DNA from: Picochlorum sp. SENEW3
Taxonomy: Eukaryota
Reading direction: 5' to 3'
Length of the DNA: 64,000 bases
Assembly (NCBI GenBank): GCA_034226945.1
Contig: CP120458.1
Coordinates: forward strand, 930,001 to 994,000
The position numbers and the translations under genes are program-made. Positions 1-10,438 of the stretch are shown here, one piece after another. The notes under the pieces are model-generated. The model was not told where the DNA came from. It did not search any database and saw only the letters and a list, made by a program, of their open reading frames with translations. Within the stretch, counting starts at the first letter, position 1. Each line of letters begins with the position of its first letter.

Positions 1-73
1 AATTCATGCCATCCATTGCAATGCTGGCAACAGAGCTTGACTTGACTATCCTTTTTGTGGGGTTTATGCGCAG

Positions 74-908
74 GTCGAAGGCCAATGGCTCCAGCGATGT
101 CGATAATAAGAGCAGTGAGGACATTGTGCATGAAAAAAATCAAAACAAGCCTGCAAAAGAAAGCGGCAAGCCTGGGAATGATGATGAGGGTTTTGTGCCC
201 AAAGTTGTGGTGTTTGGTGGCAGTGGTTTTGTTGGGAGCAAGGTTTGTCAGCAGGCAATCGATATGGGTTTGGATGTCGTCAGTGTGAGTAGATCAGGGA
301 GACCAGGGTTTTTGAGTGGTAGTGCATGGGCTGATACTGTGAACTGGGTGCGCAGTGATGGTACAAAAAGCGATGGGGTATGGAAAGAGGTGCTGCATGG
401 ATCAGCTGGCGTTGTGAGTACGATTGGAGCGTTTGGTTCGAATGAATTCATGTACAAAATGTGTGGAGAGGTTAATATGAATATTATGGAAGCTGCCAAG
501 GATGCGGGCGTGCCCCGATTCTCGTTTATTTCTGTTCATGATTACAGTTTTCCTGGTGGTTGGCAAGCACAAAACTTCCTTTTAAGGGGATATTTTCAAG
601 GCAAGAGGGATGCAGAGGCTCGATTAGCAAAGCTGTATCCAGATTCAGGTGTCGCGCTACGGCCGGGTATGATTTATGGAACACGTCATGCTGGGAATAT
701 GACAATTCCTCTTGGATTGGTAGGTGTTCCTCTTGCAGCTGCATTGAAAGTTCTTCCTTCGAAAAGCTTGGCTGGTATGCCAATCATAGGAGCTGTTTTT
801 GTGCCACCTGTTAGCGTTGATGCGGTCTCAAAAGCCGCTGTTACTGCTGTTGTGGATCCACAGGTGCCAGGAGGAATCATGGATGTTTGGGACATCCAAA
901 AATACTAG
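74..908 (+). CDS. NAD(P)-binding Rossmann-fold protein (atypical SDR/epimerase family), probably 5'-partial
   Basis: VVVFGGSGFVG dinucleotide-binding motif, GYFQGK (YxxxK), LRPGMIYG. A probable intron acceptor (tgcgcag) ends at 73, so the first exon likely lies upstream of the window. Confidence 0.8.
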
Positions 909-1129
909 ATCCAATGTGCAATGTGTGTAGGCAACGACGAGCGAGAAGCAAGATGAAGAATCCGACACTCATCCTGATTGCATTACATGTATACCATTGT
1001 TCTATTTGATGTTTTTGCATTATTAAATCTATCAATCTGAAACAACGTATAAAATATAAAAAGACAGAAATTTTAGCATGGCATTTGGTTTGTAATTGTA
1101 TATGTACCAACTGTGTCTAGGACGAGCAC

Positions 1130-4072
1130 TCAAAGTTGAAGTGCAGCATCAATGTAGCCACCCAAGATGGAAGCCAGTGTGGCAGAAGACCTCTCTTGTG
1201 TCCAAGCGTCTACGTCATTTACAAGACGCATCAATACCCTCGCACGTTTGCATGTTGAAGGACATGGAAACCCTTCTTGCAGAGCATCCAACACCTCAAG
1301 GATGCTGTCAGCCACCTCATACTGCTCATATGACCTTCCATTTGCTTCATTCATCGTTGGAAGGTGAACCAGAGCAGCAGTCTGGACAAGAGCAAGAATA
1401 GCATTGCCATTATCTTTTGTGCTTAGACAGTGAGATGGATGGTATGAGTCATATTGCCATGTGTAATTTGAAATACTCCTCAAAGCACCCGAGGGGCATA
1501 TCTCCTTGGTCCTCAATACTTTATGCAAAAGACTCCTGTATGCCATCAGGTCCTGTCGAAGCATGGGTCGCTTCAGATACTCCCAGGTAGATGGAGCAAC
1601 AAGCCATTCATTCAGCTCTGCAGTGGTGCTTAGGCAGGGAATGATTTCAGCTGCCATAGACTCCTGCACATCATCTTCAACGCATGCATCCTGTGCACTC
1701 AGCAGAGATGCTACATCAGCATCTCTATTTTCTACGTAAGAATGCTGATCAGTACTTGCCATTGACCTTGCTGATGCAACAGAGTTGACTCTGGAATGGG
1801 AAAAGCTCATGTTTGATGAGGAGTCAAAGATGGAGGAGCGATACGAATACGGGTTCGACCCTCTCCCCAATTTGAATGACAGCCCTCGAACCATGCCAGA
1901 GACTGATGATGCCCTGCTCAACACAGATGCCTTGATGCGGGAAGAGAGATGGGCTCCATGTGCTTCCTTCTTCTTCTTCTTGTCTTCTGCACGATGCCTC
2001 AGTACATCAAACTGACCATCTAGTGATGATATTAATGCCTGATATCCAGTAAGAAAATGTACCGAAAATTCTTCCTCACACGTATCGAGGAAATCATTGA
2101 TGGCTCTCACGACTTGTGGCCGTATGACCGCCACATGCACCAGGGACCTTATCAAACTGGCCTCACGCTTGATATCAACATCACCGCTGCCTTCCACGGT
2201 GAGAGATTTGTACAGAAGTCGTAATGCATACGAAAATTGATTTACCAGTGCAGCATTGGCAAATCCAGGCCACAAACAGACAGACTGCATGATAACTTCT
2301 GGGTCTCCTATGCCACTCTTCATACATGCAGCGAGCGCCTTTATCTTCAGTGATGCTATCTCAATAGCCTCGTCATCATCCATAAGCAGCTGCATCCAAC
2401 AATCACTCAACAGAATCGGTAAACCTTCGTGGCATTGCACTGCATGCTGACGGAGTATCCATCTCAGACACAGTTGCCGATGCTCTGCTGAGAATGTCTT
2501 GTCATTTGCTCTCACGAGAATTTTCTCCAACAAGCACGGACGCCGTCCCTCGAAAAACTCGGGAAGACAATCATGTGTATCCAGCACGAATTCTAAAATA
2601 GGAGTGTTTCCAGTTTGAATCAGATTGTGAACAATGGGCCACAAGTCTGATGGGCTTAGATCTGACACCCTCAGTATTATTTGCAAGCTTGGAGATATCC
2701 TTTGTACAGTCTCCCGATTCATTCGTTTCATGCAGTCCAAGCAAAATAAAAATAGTTCTTGAATCTTCTTCCTACTGTATTCTGACATGATCAAATCCAC
2801 CTCATAAAATGGAACAGTCCCTGCCCAGAAATGCTCAGGCAAGTGAAATTTGAGTTTCTCTGCAGGCTCTCGAAGTAGCACAATATCGCCCGTAAAAGCA
2901 CTTCTCGGTGTACTGGACGTAGTAACCGTATCTGAAGAAACATTTGAATCATGCTTGCCCAATGCCTTGCTTGAAGACACATTGACTGGACTATCAAACC
3001 CACTACATTTCACTGCACTGACACCAGCGTGCACAGCCATCCTTCTCTCTGCCATATCTGGAAATACATCCGCATTCGAAATCACCTCATCTGCTTGTTC
3101 ATCATCTGATGATGGCAACAATCCCTGCATATCACTGTCATCATGAAGCGATCCTTCCTGCTTCTGATACTCCATGCACAGATTGGCTAACACAGTGAGA
3201 GCTAGAGATGTCTTTGGAAATCCAACCAATGCAGTGTTTCTCTCAGATTTTATCGCATCAGCCACCAACTCGGACGCCTGATGAGACAAGAGTGTTGGGA
3301 ACTCACATTCCAACAAGCATAAACACTTGGACGCTGAAATGACAGAGGCCCCTGAATCATTCACACCCTCATAATGACGCTTTGTTTTCAAATACGCTGG
3401 AATTAATGTCACCTCCTCATTCATCATTTTATACAACCGATCGATATGGAATCTGACCAATCGAGGATCTCTCTGAGGCATATTCAATGCAACAATCATC
3501 TTGCTCAAACACAAGAGAGCACTCGAACTCAACTGGATAAATTCCCGAGCATCATCACACATATACTGCGCCGTGTAATCTCTCACAGTCTCATAAATCA
3601 TTCGAACTCTATTATTCTCAACACCTGCACACAAATCCCTCCAGTGTCTATCCAGCATGTTCAGCACCCTTCTCCTTGTCACAGCACTGCTCTTGGACAA
3701 GGCTCCATTCCTCAGCGAATTGCCCAACTGCTCCAGAAAGCAATCCCGTCTCACCACATGCCCAAGAAAATCACCAATCACGGGTGGCGCACTCGCTCTA
3801 TTCGAACTGTCCACAACTGACGCAGGAGACTGTCCCATAATATTCTGCTCCGAACTGTTCAATATCACAAGCCATTCAGAGATCCCGTGAATCGCAATAG
3901 GCTTGATTTTAGATTTTTTTTTCGGGGCATCGCTTCCTATCGACTGGGTCTCGCCCTGCTCGCCAACAGCATGCACATTGTTGTTGCATGTCTCTGGGGC
4001 GTCAAAAACAGCATATGTATTCTCATCAACTTCCACCTTCCTCCGAACACCTTCGTACGCACCGATACTCAT
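1130..4072 (-). CDS. Large alpha-helical protein, tentatively AP-5 complex subunit beta-like
   Basis: 980-aa intronless ORF. The segment LWPIVHNLI..PILEFVLD..PEFFEGR..LLEKIL..HRQLCLRWIL..IASLKIKALA resembles the plant AP5B1 core as I recall it. The family call is unverified. Confidence 0.45.
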   Translation of the reverse strand: MSIGAYEGVRRKVEVDENTYAVFDAPETCNNNVHAVGEQGETQSIGSDAPKKKSKIKPIAIHGISEWLVILNSSEQNIMGQSPASVVDSSNRASAPPVIGDFLGHVVRRDCFLEQLGNSLRNGALSKSSAVTRRRVLNMLDRHWRDLCAGVENNRVRMIYETVRDYTAQYMCDDAREFIQLSSSALLCLSKMIVALNMPQRDPRLVRFHIDRLYKMMNEEVTLIPAYLKTKRHYEGVNDSGASVISASKCLCLLECEFPTLLSHQASELVADAIKSERNTALVGFPKTSLALTVLANLCMEYQKQEGSLHDDSDMQGLLPSSDDEQADEVISNADVFPDMAERRMAVHAGVSAVKCSGFDSPVNVSSSKALGKHDSNVSSDTVTTSSTPRSAFTGDIVLLREPAEKLKFHLPEHFWAGTVPFYEVDLIMSEYSRKKIQELFLFCLDCMKRMNRETVQRISPSLQIILRVSDLSPSDLWPIVHNLIQTGNTPILEFVLDTHDCLPEFFEGRRPCLLEKILVRANDKTFSAEHRQLCLRWILRQHAVQCHEGLPILLSDCWMQLLMDDDEAIEIASLKIKALAACMKSGIGDPEVIMQSVCLWPGFANAALVNQFSYALRLLYKSLTVEGSGDVDIKREASLIRSLVHVAVIRPQVVRAINDFLDTCEEEFSVHFLTGYQALISSLDGQFDVLRHRAEDKKKKKEAHGAHLSSRIKASVLSRASSVSGMVRGLSFKLGRGSNPYSYRSSIFDSSSNMSFSHSRVNSVASARSMASTDQHSYVENRDADVASLLSAQDACVEDDVQESMAAEIIPCLSTTAELNEWLVAPSTWEYLKRPMLRQDLMAYRSLLHKVLRTKEICPSGALRSISNYTWQYDSYHPSHCLSTKDNGNAILALVQTAALVHLPTMNEANGRSYEQYEVADSILEVLDALQEGFPCPSTCKRARVLMRLVNDVDAWTQERSSATLASILGGYIDAALQL

Positions 4073-4768
4073 ACTTGGTGTCGATAGCAGATATCTGGGG
4101 ACTGTTGCTGAGAAGAAGTAATAAAAACCTCGTTTTCGTCGAGGTCTGCCCTAGACACTGTCTCGTTAAATCTGCCTGGATCGTGTGTGAAATACTCCAA
4201 TTGATACGAATAATCACTCAATGACCTTCACTCTGAGCTCGCACTGCTCCAAAACTTTGTACAAAAAGACAAACCTACAACGAATAGCAGGACTGAAATT
4301 CAAACGTGTCCGCCACACGCACACAACCCTATGGACTCCAATTCGTCAGCAACTAGGACGTAAAAACGAATTTGAGAACTTTTAATCACCCTTATCAGGA
4401 GGGTTTGCGTCGCTATGGGGGGGATGCGTGCTCCAAATTGACCGCGTGGCCGTCGATTGTGTAGTCCGATCAAAAATATATTGCATCGGACGATTGCAAT
4501 TGTTATTCTCGGAGCACCTCTGATGCAAATCATCCCATCTACCCTGAACGATATCGCGATATTCGCATTTCAAACAACATTTAAAAGCACAATTATCACC
4601 TCGATCACGCAAGTATTACGAATCAGTGCTAGAAGAGTGTCTGTGCTCGCACGGCCACATTCCAGCAGTTTGAATTCGATTCGCAACAAACTCATCTATA
4701 ATTCACTGATAGGTTTTCGCCATCCTCTCAACACAGAATTATACACGTTATCGAATAAAAGGAAAACG

Positions 4769-5770
4769 ATGCCTAAAGCACAGGGGAAGAGGGAGAGGGA
4801 CGATGATAAAGTTGAGGGTGCCAAGAAGCAAAAGGCCAAGGCTCAAAAGGCTCCAAGCGAGCCTAGTTTGCAGGATGATGGATGGATGATTATGCCAAAG
4901 GATTTTATATATAGGAAATCAGACTCTTGGGTTGGTAGGAAGAAGATTGCTGCGTTCGATCTGGATGGGACCCTTATTTTCAAAAGGCCTGGTTCCAAAG
5001 GATATCTTCCCGAGGATGAGAATGATTTCTCATTCTTTTCCGAAAAGGTTCCCAAGAAATTAAAAGAATTTCATGATGATGGATATGGTATCGTTATTTT
5101 TAGCAATCAAGGAATGATTCGAGGGGCCATGTTGGGAGATGCGTGCCAGAAGATTCGTGGAATGATTTGTCAAATGCTCAAGACGCTGAACAGCGAGGCA
5201 GGAGACGAGATTCCGATTCAGGTGGTCATTGCCACAGGGAGCGCAAAAGATACATCTGGTTATAGAAAGCCTGGAACGAAAATGTGGGAGTATTTTGTGG
5301 AGAATATGAATGATGGGGTGCAACCAGATGTGGCAGAGTCCTTCTTTGTAGGGGATGCCGCAGGGAGAGACTGGGATATTGGGGATGCTGCAGAGTCTGA
5401 TAAAAAGTTTGCAGAGGACATAGGTCTCAAATTCATGCTACCAGAAGATTTGTTTGGCGTGAAGGAAAACAAAGCCATGGGATATGCATTCCTAGAGCTC
5501 TCCAAGGTCATTGCTGACTCTGGCATTGACAATGCAGTTTTCAAAGCACGCTCAACAAAGCTGACTGGTGAGACGGTGCTGCGCTTTCCCGAGGTCATTA
5601 CAACATCAAAGGAGCTCAATGGTATCAAAGGTGTTGGGGCAAAGAGCAAGCAAAAAGTCGACGAGTATCTCAAAGATGGACGACTGTCAGAGATGGATGA
5701 ACTCAAAGGTGGGGTCAAGCATGATGTCCCGATTGGCAAAGAGGCAGAAGTTGCCATGAAGTTCTTATAA
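4769..5770 (+). CDS. DNA 3'-phosphatase (PNKP/ZDP-type HAD domain) with C-terminal Pol X-type HhH (8-kDa) domain
   Basis: KIAAFDLDGTL, IVIFSNQG, YRKPGTKMW, SFFVGDAAGR, SDKKFA motifs, followed by IKGVGAKSKQKVDEYL. ATG at 4769 chosen over the upstream non-ATG start. Confidence 0.85.
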   Translation: MPKAQGKRERDDDKVEGAKKQKAKAQKAPSEPSLQDDGWMIMPKDFIYRKSDSWVGRKKIAAFDLDGTLIFKRPGSKGYLPEDENDFSFFSEKVPKKLKEFHDDGYGIVIFSNQGMIRGAMLGDACQKIRGMICQMLKTLNSEAGDEIPIQVVIATGSAKDTSGYRKPGTKMWEYFVENMNDGVQPDVAESFFVGDAAGRDWDIGDAAESDKKFAEDIGLKFMLPEDLFGVKENKAMGYAFLELSKVIADSGIDNAVFKARSTKLTGETVLRFPEVITTSKELNGIKGVGAKSKQKVDEYLKDGRLSEMDELKGGVKHDVPIGKEAEVAMKFL

Positions 5771-5802
5771 TAGTATACAGTATCGTTCTTAAAATCGATC
5801 AA

Positions 5803-6894
5803 TCAATTCAAATAGTTCACTGCATCAACCATCCAAACATTATTCGGCTTTTGCAATGTACACACCCACACATGGGCATTCTTTGTCCCATCTGCAGCAA
5901 CAATGCCAACCACCAGGATGCTTTTGCGCGCACTCACTTGCACGCTCTTTAATATTTTCGACTCCCGATGTCGTAGAAGAGAATGATATGCTGACGTTCG
6001 AAGCATGGCTTCAAACTGCGTAATGTCATTGTCAAATATCTTTTTATTCCGCGGAGAGGCAAACATAAAAACCTCCTCTATATTCTCTTCTTTCAGCGCA
6101 TTCAATTGAGCTTCAACGACACACTCTGGACCTATCGTATTATCCAATATTGACTCATACGTATGCACGGGTTCACCTGACATGCCGTGCAAGAACCAAT
6201 TCGTCTCAACCTGAATGCCTCTATATTGTGACTTGAGTGTCTCCTCAAGTCGGAAATCAAGGCAAATAATCATCTCTTCGCCATGCTGAGATACCAAAAA
6301 ATATCTCTGCATGAACCTACCCTCACTAATCTGCAGCGTACTTATCAAATCACAGCGCATGGGAGGCGCGAACAGCAGGCCACGCCATGAATACGAGTTG
6401 ATCTGAAACTCCCCAGATGGGGCATTTGCAAGGCATGTTTGGAATACATTGATATCCTCCTCGTCCTCGTCTGTGCTGTCTGTAGTTGTATTCGTATCAC
6501 CATATCGAGATATATATGCATCAATCAAAGCATCAGGAAGGTACTGTATCAGAGCATCCTGGTCAGTGGATTGCTGTTCTGTCAACAGCCTCATAATTTC
6601 TTGCCCAACAGCCCCAGGGCTGGGTCCAGCTTCTCCTTCCTCATGCCTTGGCATACCAGGCTCTTCATGCTCTCCCTTGCACCTTACAATACTTCTAGTA
6701 CGACCAGAGTACTGATATCCAGAATCTGGAGGTGGACATCGCCACCTGCAGGACACACAGGTTGATTTCCAATTTGTCTTCGAGCGCGTCACCCATTGTC
6801 CAACTACTACTTCCGTGGACACCCCACCCCATCGACCATGAATACTCCTCATATGGGTACAGAATTGTACTGTCAAAAATGACACAGAGAGCAT
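5803..6894 (-). CDS. Uncharacterised protein with C-terminal DUF4864-like domain, probable plastid transit peptide
   Basis: PECVVEAQLNALK..VFMFASPRNK..FEAML..WMVDAV pattern; Arg/Ser/Cys-rich N-terminus. Confidence 0.6.
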   Translation of the reverse strand: MLSVSFLTVQFCTHMRSIHGRWGGVSTEVVVGQWVTRSKTNWKSTCVSCRWRCPPPDSGYQYSGRTRSIVRCKGEHEEPGMPRHEEGEAGPSPGAVGQEIMRLLTEQQSTDQDALIQYLPDALIDAYISRYGDTNTTTDSTDEDEEDINVFQTCLANAPSGEFQINSYSWRGLLFAPPMRCDLISTLQISEGRFMQRYFLVSQHGEEMIICLDFRLEETLKSQYRGIQVETNWFLHGMSGEPVHTYESILDNTIGPECVVEAQLNALKEENIEEVFMFASPRNKKIFDNDITQFEAMLRTSAYHSLLRHRESKILKSVQVSARKSILVVGIVAADGTKNAHVWVCTLQKPNNVWMVDAVNYLN

Positions 6895-7073
6895 CAGTAC
6901 CCATGAAACTTGTACCCATGGGTTGAACGGGATCTCTAAAGTTTAGAGATCCATCCATCCATCCATCTCTAGCAAAGAGAATTCGAATCAGAATGTACTT
7001 GTGCTCCATCAGATGGACTGAATCCATGGTATACCAATAGGTAATATAATTCATCTGGAAGAATTAATGCGAA

Positions 7074-8034
7074 ATGCGTTTCAACAGTCAACTGAACCCA
7101 GAGAGACACGTGACATTGAAGCGTCACATGCGTCTTAGGTCGCGTCAAGGCCGATCCATGACTCCAATCTTGAATCTGTTCACAGGTATCGTGCTATTGA
7201 TTTAATTTAATGGCCCCCTACGTATGTATGTGGGAGTCATGAGCACGAGTTGCATCTTTTTTGAACCAACGTTTGGTATGATTTTCAATTCAGGAATTGT
7301 TCAAGGGAAAGCACGAGTCAGAAGCATTGATACGAAAAACGCATCATCATCAGACGCTCTATCTCTACGCACATTTCAGATTCAGTTTCCTCAGGAATCA
7401 ACGGATATAGAGACGGTAAAGGTTGGGGCAAGTATCGCTCTGAATGGGACATGTTTGACCGTGACGAGTACCTCTGTGGATGATAGCGTCGCGACCTTCG
7501 ATGTGATCGAGGAGACGCTAAAAAGAACAAATTTGGGTAGTCTTGAGGAGAATTCGAGCGTGAATTTTGAGAGATCAGCGAGGGTGGGAGATGAGATTGG
7601 GGGGCACACAGTGTCTGGGCATGTCCAGACTACAGCCATGGTGACCAAGGTGACCACGGCGGATGATGGCACGGTCAAGATGGACTTTGAGCTACGAGAT
7701 CCATCATGGATGAAGTATATTCTCTCAAAGGGATTTGTGGCGGTGGATGGATGCAGTCTGACAGTAGGGGAGGTTGATGAGAAGGGGTTTTGTGTCTATC
7801 TCATCCCAGAGACACTGCGGTATGTTTTTCAGCTTTGCTATTTCTTCCATGATACTTTTATATAGATAGATATATATGATATATGATATATTTGCATGCA
7901 GAGTGACGGTCTTGGGTGATAGAGACGTAGGTGACCACGTGAATATAGAAGTAGAGGCTCAAACACAGGCCATTGTTGACACAGTAGAGAGAGTGGTGGC
8001 TCGGTACATGGTAGAAGATGCCGCGTCACAGTAG
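7074..8034 (+). CDS. Riboflavin synthase (alpha chain), plastid-targeted; 3 exons (introns 7186-7293, ~7820-7901)
   Basis: Spliced LFTG|IVQG N-terminal motif, SIALNGTCLT, VNFERS, GGHTVSGHV, KGFVAVDGCSLT, YLIPETLR|VTVLG..VNIEVE; stop TAG 8032-8034. Confidence 0.92.
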
Positions 8035-8285
8035 CAATCATGCGATACATACATATAGTTGTATATCCTTATACTTATGGTGCCCTAGTATTATTTGCAG
8101 TAGGACACCACCATTGCTGATGTGTAATATTTACATAACTCTCATAATAAGAGGCACTGAAAGATTTCTTTTTTAGTGTGCAAGAAAGCCCACAGAGTTC
8201 TCATTCTGACCCACGAACAAATCAACTAGGATACATGACATACACACATGCGTTGCTCTGTACATACTATCAGTGCATCCTACCC

Positions 8286-8720
8286 TTACAGCAAGAGAGC
8301 CACGATGCAGGCAAGAAGAGCAGACACGACAGACACAGCTCTGACACCAGATGCCTGAATCACTTCTGACACGCCAGTGGCGGAACCAGTTGAAGGAGTA
8401 GTTGAGGTCGTAGATGGCCCAGTTTCTCCAACTTTCCAGGAAACGCAAGGCTCGCCATTGCAGGTACACTCGGAGTTATCGATGACGAGAGATCCACTGC
8501 ACTTCCCATAGCACGTGTCCCCGGATATGGAGTTGGCATCTGGTCCACACTTCCTCGCCATCTCTTCCTGAGCTTTTGCCACTTCTTCATTGACCTGGGC
8601 TGATATCTCGCTTCCCAGGTCACTCAAATCTGTCTGATGAAGCGCTCTTTCGGCAGAGACAGACAGGGAGAGGGTGGCGACAAGTGCGCAGACGACAAAC
8701 GTTCTGTTCAGAAGAGTCAT
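8286..8720 (-). CDS. Small secreted/cell-surface Cys-containing protein with Ser/Thr linker and hydrophobic (GPI-like) C-terminus
   Basis: Signal peptide, 6-Cys region, PSTTSTTPSTGS linker, C-terminal VSVVSALLACIVALLL. Confidence 0.65.
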   Translation of the reverse strand: MTLLNRTFVVCALVATLSLSVSAERALHQTDLSDLGSEISAQVNEEVAKAQEEMARKCGPDANSISGDTCYGKCSGSLVIDNSECTCNGEPCVSWKVGETGPSTTSTTPSTGSATGVSEVIQASGVRAVSVVSALLACIVALLL

Positions 8721-9352
8721 TCTTTCAGATGAATATTTGCTTTGCTTTAATATTATTTAGCGTTTATGGAATCCCGTGTGCTTGCGATTCCGGATATGGC
8801 AGTCCGACATGTTAACATGAGATCATGGATTATGGAAATCATCCGGATGGCCCCAGCTGGGGATCCTGCAGGATCCTGGGGGTATCTAGTCCCATCATAA
8901 ACTGCTTGCCCATACAAATCAACCCATGCATTATGTGTATTAGAGGGGCTTGATAGTAAACGTATAACGCTTCTGTGGAAAACCTTGCACCACAGTACCA
9001 AGAGCTTCCAGAGTCTTTGGTTGGCAACACATCCGTCACCTTTGGTCTAGAAAGGATGTCAAAGTCAAACCACTGTTGCTGAACAAGCATGCACTGCTTC
9101 ATAAATCTTGGCATCACGCGAATGAGATACCACCATGGTGGAATTCCCATGGCCATGAGATTCCCTAGATTCCGGAATCTTTTGACCTCTATGACCTTCA
9201 AGGCATTCTTTTTGTCGCAGCCAGTCTTGTCTACCCATCTAGATACGATATGTACTAGTAATATATACAAAGTATAGATCGAGTTACCCCCTTGTACAAA
9301 TAGAATTGAAAATAGGCCGATAAGAAACCATTGTTTGAACACGCGAAAAAAC

Positions 9353-10042
9353 ATGAGTAGCAGCGATGCAGACGTTGGACCTTCAGGAGAACCCTCTACG
9401 ATGGATGATCTCCAATCCCAAGCACAAGAATTATTACAACAGAATATAGCACAGTCGAAAAAGTCATTTCTGGAGACTGTGGTGGATGCCCACAACGATG
9501 TGATTGCTGAATTTTCTAAAATCTGGAATCAACTCGTTGTGAGCGGTCCTTCTATGATCCAGGATTTTACAGAATTTATTCGTGCTATAGATTGGTCAGA
9601 GAGATGGATCCAGGCAATCCTGGCGGTGCAGGCCTGTATTCTGTTGACTCTTATCATCTTCAGAAACAACATGGTTGTCCAAAACACAATATTCGCCCTG
9701 AGCGGTACGTCTGTATTTTTTTAATTGCTACAATACCAGCCGTATCTGTTCAATAGATATTCTCTATATTACTATTCTAATGATGATGATGATGCAGTGG
9801 TGGTGATTTACAAGGCGGATGTCTTGAATGCGTGGGGAGCTCGGCATTGGGAAGACTTTGCCAGACACAACTATTTTGAAAAAAACGGAGCATTTGTATC
9901 CGCACTTATTTCTGCTCCTCTACTGTTCGGTATGCTTATAGTTCTGGTCAATCTCGCTGTACATTTCGTTCAAACGCTTGTTCTCATGAAGACAGAACAG
10001 CTGAAGAAGGCCAAGGCCAAGGGCAAGAAGAAGACACAATAA
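9353..10042 (+). CDS. TMEM18: Transmembrane protein 18 homologue; 2 exons (intron 9705-9797)
   Basis: AIDWSERWI, LNAWGARHWEDFARHNYFEKNGAFVSALISAPLL, basic C-terminal tail; in-frame GT-AG join. Confidence 0.85.
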
Positions 10043-10127
10043 TAATACATTACAATACACCATGTGTGTATACTTGATTGATTCTCATGGAAACAAGGAC
10101 TACTAGTATGATAATCATTCATGCGTG

Positions 10128-10406
10128 TTATTCTAAAATCTTTCTGATCGACGCCAGGATGCTTGCGGTCCCTGCTGCTGGCTTCTTCTTCTGCTGCGTG
10201 GACCGTGTCCAACTGATCGGATCCCTATTGTACATGGGCCAGTTCGGCACTGTTATACCAAATGATATTAAAAATCCTATTGCAAATAGCCCCATCATGA
10301 GTCCAAAACTACCGCGAATGTATCCAGTGAGAAAACTGAACGCTCCTACTATGATGAGTAATTTCTGTCCGAGTTTCTCGGATCTCTCCTGTCCTTTATA
10401 GTCCAT
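10128..10406 (-). CDS. SPCS1: Signal peptidase complex subunit 1 (SPC12)
   Basis: MDYKGQERSE start, two TM segments, VPNWPMYNRDPISW motif. Confidence 0.9.
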   Translation of the reverse strand: MDYKGQERSEKLGQKLLIIVGAFSFLTGYIRGSFGLMMGLFAIGFLISFGITVPNWPMYNRDPISWTRSTQQKKKPAAGTASILASIRKILE

Positions 10407-10438
10407 GGTCTTCTATATATTCAATTCTTTTTACAATT

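Noticed and set aside
4457..4768. N-terminal extension of the phosphatase ORF
   Set aside because: Begins at a non-ATG codon and reads like AT-rich promoter/UTR sequence.
8839..9495. 218-aa minus-strand ORF
   Set aside because: Overlaps TMEM18 antisense and a palindrome-rich promoter region; no recognisable protein signal.
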